A DNA stretch of 64,000 nt from Candidatus Bathyarchaeota archaeon (lineage in GTDB: Archaea > Thermoproteota > Bathyarchaeia > TCS64). The first letter of the stretch is position 1. The number at the start of each line of letters is the position of its first letter. Made by a program: the position numbers and the translations under genes. The notes below the pieces were generated by a model, which ran no database searches, was not told where the DNA came from, and saw only the letters and a list, made by a program, of their open reading frames with translations. Of this stretch, positions 60,063 through 64,000 are shown one piece after another. The stretch spans positions 1-64,000 of the forward strand of contig CAVYLP010000001.1 in NCBI GenBank assembly GCA_963769425.1, read 5' to 3'.

Positions 60063-61196
60063 TTAGCCGACCGTGACGATCCCAGTCGTGTACTTCTTTA
60101 TCGCGGCCTCGTTGAGCTCGAACCCGAGCCCAGGCCCCTTCGGCGCCTCTATGTAGCCCTTCTCGAGCTTCACGGGCTCCTTGATCACGTCCTCGTTGAA
60201 CCACTCGGGGAAGCCTGAGAGCTCGCACTTCTGGGTTATCGCCTTCCCGCACCCGGCTATGATATGGGACGCGGCGGAGAGGCTCACACCCATCTCGAGG
60301 TCATCGTGCATGAGGGTCGGGATGTTCATCACCCTCGCCATGTCGAGTATCCTCTTCACGTTCGTTATCCCGCCGGCGGGGCGGTAGGTCTTCAGTCCGA
60401 GCACGCCAATTGCTCCCATGTCGATGAGAGTCTTAACGTCCGCCATCGAGAAGAGTGACTCGTGGGGCATGATGGGGGTGTCTACGGAGCCAGCGACCTT
60501 CGCCAGGGTGGCGAAGTCCCACCAGACGGTGGGCTGCTCCACTAGCTCCACGTCGTACTGCTCGATCTCCCTGATCATCTTGATCACGTCGGAGGCCCCG
60601 TAGCCCTGGTTGCAGTCAACGCGGAGGATAACGTCCTCACCGATGGCTTCCCTCATCGCCTTGACACATGATACGTCCCGCTTCGGCCCTATCTTGAGGC
60701 GGATGCCCGTGTACCCCTCCTTGACGAGGCGCTTACCCTCGGCGGCCACCTTCGCAGGGGTGTCGATCCCTATGAGGGCGACGTTCGGTATCTTCGATGG
60801 GTTCGAGCCTCCCCCTAGGAGCTTGTAGACTGGGACGTTGAGGCTCCTGCCCATTATATCCCATAGGGCCATATCCACCGCGGCCTTCGCCATGGGGTAG
60901 GTTGGGGCCCAGTAGTCCATCTTCTCCCAGACCCCGTCGAGGTCGAAGGGGTCCATGCCCATTATGTTCGGCGCAATCCAGCGCCTGATCATCTCCGTGA
61001 CCACTGCCTGGTTCTCCGGCGAGAGCGGGGGGAGCGGGGGACACTCTCCCACCCCGGAGATACCCTCGTCCGTGTGGACGCGGGCAAGGATGAACTCGAA
61101 GGGCATCCCCTCCCCCAGCTTCCCGTATCGAGAGAGGGCGAGGACCTTCTTCTTCTGCAGATTAATAGGTATGATCTCAACCTTCGTTATCTTCAA
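60063..61196 (-). CDS. Enolase-superfamily (mandelate racemase / muconate lactonizing-like) enzyme with atypical active site
   Basis: TDEGISGVGE, KAAVDMALWD..PVYKLLGG, RLKIG, VDCNQ, VEQP, PHES, GPGLG. Confidence 0.88.
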   Translation of the reverse strand: MKITKVEIIPINLQKKKVLALSRYGKLGEGMPFEFILARVHTDEGISGVGECPPLPPLSPENQAVVTEMIRRWIAPNIMGMDPFDLDGVWEKMDYWAPTYPMAKAAVDMALWDIMGRSLNVPVYKLLGGGSNPSKIPNVALIGIDTPAKVAAEGKRLVKEGYTGIRLKIGPKRDVSCVKAMREAIGEDVILRVDCNQGYGASDVIKMIREIEQYDVELVEQPTVWWDFATLAKVAGSVDTPIMPHESLFSMADVKTLIDMGAIGVLGLKTYRPAGGITNVKRILDMARVMNIPTLMHDDLEMGVSLSAASHIIAGCGKAITQKCELSGFPEWFNEDVIKEPVKLEKGYIEAPKGPGLGFELNEAAIKKYTTGIVTVG

Positions 61197-61245
61197 GCAG
61201 GAACACGACCGTATCCAATGCGGCTCCACTTGTTGATGAGGTTTT

Positions 61246-61950
61246 TCAGTGGGTCAGGCTTAGGAAGTTCTCAATGAGCAGGTCGGCCAGTCGCCTCATT
61301 TCGGGCTCCCGCTCCCTGCACTCGTTGAGGACCTGCTCGCGGGTCTTCCCGACAGCCACAAGCTCCTCAGGATAGGCGGAGGCCCACCTCTCCGCTTCAA
61401 TGTGGTTTATCTCAAGGTGGAAGATGATACCCCGCACGTTCCTCCAAGCGTAGGCCTGGATAGGGCATGGGTCACCTCGTGCCAGAAGCCTACCCCCCAG
61501 CGGGACCTTGAACATGTCGCTGTGCCAGTGGAATACGGGCACCTCGCGGGGGAAGCCATTGAAGAGTGGGTCGGCGATACCATCGTCTGTCAGGGTGACT
61601 GTGTAACCTCCGACCTCCTTCCTCGGGCTCCTCACGACCTCGGCGCCGAGCAGTCGCGCGAGTATCTGCCCACCGCAACACACTCCAAGCACAGGTTTAC
61701 CACTCCCCATAACCCTTGAGAGGTACTCCCACTCCTTTGTCAGGAACCTGTGTTTGTTGACGTCGTTGGCTGAGATAGGTGTGGGGCCCACGACGAATGC
61801 CGAATATTTCTCGGTCCCCGGGAACGCCTCCGCAGCCATTGAGTAGGCATGGACTAAATCCACGTCGGCTCGTTCCCTTAGGAACTCCTCGTAGAGGCCG
61901 AGGTTCTCCGTGGCGTCGTTCTGTATAATGAGCACCCTGCTCGGCTCCAT
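61246..61950 (-). CDS. Class I glutamine amidotransferase-like protein
   Basis: PVLGVCCGGQ nucleophile elbow, FHWHSD, FHLE. Confidence 0.88.
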   Translation of the reverse strand: MEPSRVLIIQNDATENLGLYEEFLRERADVDLVHAYSMAAEAFPGTEKYSAFVVGPTPISANDVNKHRFLTKEWEYLSRVMGSGKPVLGVCCGGQILARLLGAEVVRSPRKEVGGYTVTLTDDGIADPLFNGFPREVPVFHWHSDMFKVPLGGRLLARGDPCPIQAYAWRNVRGIIFHLEINHIEAERWASAYPEELVAVGKTREQVLNECREREPEMRRLADLLIENFLSLTH

Positions 61951-62030
61951 GTTGGTTAATCGTCGCCTCGGTTTAAAATGGGTTCGAGGGAAGGCAACCG
62001 ATATTGGGAGGAGAGGTAGGAGTCTCAGCC

Positions 62031-63197
62031 ATGGATGAGCGCACCACGATGCCCATCTGGGCGGAGGTAGACCTCGACGCCCTCGCCCATAATATACGGG
62101 AGGTCAGACGCCTCACATCGGCGAACTCGATGATATTGGCGGCCGTCAAGGCGGATGCGTACGGCCACGGGGCTGTGATATCCTCCAAGGTCTTCCTCGA
62201 TAACGGAGCGGATAGGCTCGGTGTCGCCAGGCTCGGGGAGGCTGTGGAGCTAAGGGACGCAGGTATAGAGGCGCCGATCCTCAACCTAGGCTACACCCCC
62301 GAGGCCCAGTACGGAACTCTAATCGGGAGAGGCATCGCGGCGACCATCTACACATTCCTTCAGGCTCAGGCTCTCGACGATGTCGCGGCAAAGCTCCACA
62401 CTAAGGCCGTCGTTCACGTCAAGATCGATACCGGGATGAATCGCCTGGGGTTCCAGCCTAACGACGAAACCCTAAGGGCGATAGCCAAGATCAACGTACT
62501 TCCCAACGTGGAGCTTGAGGGCATTTACACCCACTTCGCCGTCTCCGACATCGCCGACAAGACGTACACCCGCCGACAGTTCGAGCTATTCAGGTGGGTT
62601 CTGGACGAACTCAGGACGAGGGGCGTCGAGCCCCCCATTAGGCACGTCTCCAACAGCGCCGCTATAATCGACCTCCCCGAGTACGCCCTCGAAATGGTCC
62701 GCCCTGGTATCATGCTCTACGGATACGAGCCAAGCATCGAAGTTGACCTCAGTCGGGTGAGCCTAAAGCCTGCGATGACACTTAAGGCGCGTCTATCAAA
62801 CGTCAAGGTCGTGCCCGAGGGAGCGGGTATAAGCTACGGACTCACCTACACGACGAAGCGCCCGAGCATCATCGGTACCCTCCCCGTCGGCTATGCTGAT
62901 GGTTACAGGAGGGGTCTTTCCAACAGGAGCTGGGTCGATTACGGGGGCGAGAGGGCGCCTATAGTGGGGCGCGTCTGCATGGACCAGTGCATGATAGACT
63001 TGACAGACATTGACATGGCCGAGATTGGCGACGAGGTCACCCTATTCGGGGGCGGGTGCTCGCCGAGCGTCGAGGAGACGGCGAGGATGCTTGACACCAT
63101 ACCGCATGAGGTGACTTGCGCCATAGCCCGCCGCGTTCCACGAGTATATCTTAAATCGGGTAGGGTCACCGAGACACGTGACTACCTAGAGGGATAG
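62031..63197 (+). CDS. alr: Alanine racemase (bacterial type)
   Basis: AVKADAYGHG PLP Lys, KIDTGMNRLG, HVSNSAA, VRPGIMLYG, ISYG, GYADG, GRVCMDQ. Confidence 0.95.
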   Translation: MDERTTMPIWAEVDLDALAHNIREVRRLTSANSMILAAVKADAYGHGAVISSKVFLDNGADRLGVARLGEAVELRDAGIEAPILNLGYTPEAQYGTLIGRGIAATIYTFLQAQALDDVAAKLHTKAVVHVKIDTGMNRLGFQPNDETLRAIAKINVLPNVELEGIYTHFAVSDIADKTYTRRQFELFRWVLDELRTRGVEPPIRHVSNSAAIIDLPEYALEMVRPGIMLYGYEPSIEVDLSRVSLKPAMTLKARLSNVKVVPEGAGISYGLTYTTKRPSIIGTLPVGYADGYRRGLSNRSWVDYGGERAPIVGRVCMDQCMIDLTDIDMAEIGDEVTLFGGGCSPSVEETARMLDTIPHEVTCAIARRVPRVYLKSGRVTETRDYLEG

Positions 63198-63210
63198 AGC
63201 CAATTCGTGT

Positions 63211-63483
63211 TTAACGTCTCTTTTCCCAGCGCCTCTCCTCGACGAAGAGTTCAACACCTACGAAGGGAGCAGGGTCGCTGTGGGGCTTCACGGCGATGTA
63301 CGGCGCCCCGACTGGGCCGAAGAAGTCGAAGACCACTCCAACGCGCTTCCGCTTCGAGTCGTAAACGAAGTCGCCGATACTCGCCTCCTCCTTCGCCCTA
63401 ACTATCATCTGGCCTGTGCTCTTGGAGACGTGCATCACTGTGCCTATGCTGTGTGGTTTCGGGCGTTCCTCTCTGCGGGGCAC
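63211..63483 (-). CDS. gar1: H/ACA RNP protein Gar1
   Basis: IGTVMH..VGVVFDFFGPVGAPYIAVK; next to srp19. Confidence 0.85.
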   Translation of the reverse strand: MPRREERPKPHSIGTVMHVSKSTGQMIVRAKEEASIGDFVYDSKRKRVGVVFDFFGPVGAPYIAVKPHSDPAPFVGVELFVEERRWEKRR

Positions 63484-63524
63484 GCGTTAAGCGACGTACG
63501 GGAGACTTATAATCGTTAGGTGGC

Positions 63525-63806
63525 TCAGCCGCCTCGTGGCAGCTTGGAGGCGATGAGCTTGAGAACCTTTTCTTTGGGTTCCTTCGCCTCGACGAGGACG
63601 TATCCGGTCTTGATCCATGGGTAGCGCGGGTGAGCCACCGAGGGCTGGAGCTCTGCCTTGAGCCCGGCGGAGACGGCCGCCTTGACGATGTCCTCGGTCT
63701 TCGGCGCCCTAATCGCCAGAGCCTTTGGTACGCGGCGCCCCTCCCCCCAGGTGACGGCGGAGTCGAAGTAGAGGGGCCAGAGAACAATCATGCCCTTTGA
63801 TCTCAA
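63525..63806 (-). CDS. srp19: Signal recognition particle 19 kDa protein
   Basis: VLWPLYFDS..GEGRRVPK..HPRYPW..GYVLV; likely TTG start at 63806. Confidence 0.92.
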   Translation of the reverse strand: MRSKGMIVLWPLYFDSAVTWGEGRRVPKALAIRAPKTEDIVKAAVSAGLKAELQPSVAHPRYPWIKTGYVLVEAKEPKEKVLKLIASKLPRGG

Positions 63807-63852
63807 GTGGAGCACACCATAGCCCCCTTGGGGTGGTGTGGGTGAAAAAGGT

Positions 63853-63999
63853 TTACTCCTTGTGGACGACGGCGCTGAGCGCACCGCTCTGCCCGGGGCG
63901 CGAGATTATCCTAGCGAGGCCCTTCTCGGTCCTCACAATCGTGCCCTTTGTGATAACGCCGCGACGATTGTAGTCGGCGTTGGCGGGGTTGCTTATGAC
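63853..63999 (-). CDS. rps8e: 30S ribosomal protein S8e, C-terminal part (gene starts right of the window)
   Basis: VISNPANADYNRRGVITKGTIVRTEKGLARIISRPGQSGALSAVVHKE*. Confidence 0.93.
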   Translation of the reverse strand, partial: VISNPANADYNRRGVITKGTIVRTEKGLARIISRPGQSGALSAVVHKE

Positions 64000-64000
64000 G

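Overview
Archaeal chromosomal segment. The marker genes (cdc6/orc1, radA, aIF1/SUI1, Hjc, PAC2, Gar1, SRP19, rpS8e, tungsten AOR) point to a TACK-superphylum archaeon, most plausibly Bathyarchaeia; this is an inference, not a database result. About 1-23.7 kb is an accessory region with AT-rich spacers, gene relics and transporter/hydrolase/regulator genes. Its first 11 kb are punctuated by a conserved 37-bp palindromic repeat plus a 24-bp companion motif that look like recombination sites separating gene modules. About 24-52 kb is mostly core archaeal genes. About 52.6-63.2 kb holds a bacterial-like amino-acid/peptide-modifying cluster: a PLP enzyme, a MurL-like PP-loop protein, a Ddl-like ATP-grasp ligase, a GNAT, a gamma-glutamylcyclotransferase, an atypical enolase-superfamily enzyme, a GATase and alanine racemase. 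Two intergenic segments (23781-24049 and 40877-41058) fold by eye into closed multi-helix structures that I cannot assign to a known RNA family. At least six genes, including radA, are broken by apparent single-base insertions, most likely sequencing/assembly errors, so pseudogene and fusion calls here need caution. No tRNA, rRNA, CRISPR array, transposase or integrase was recognised.
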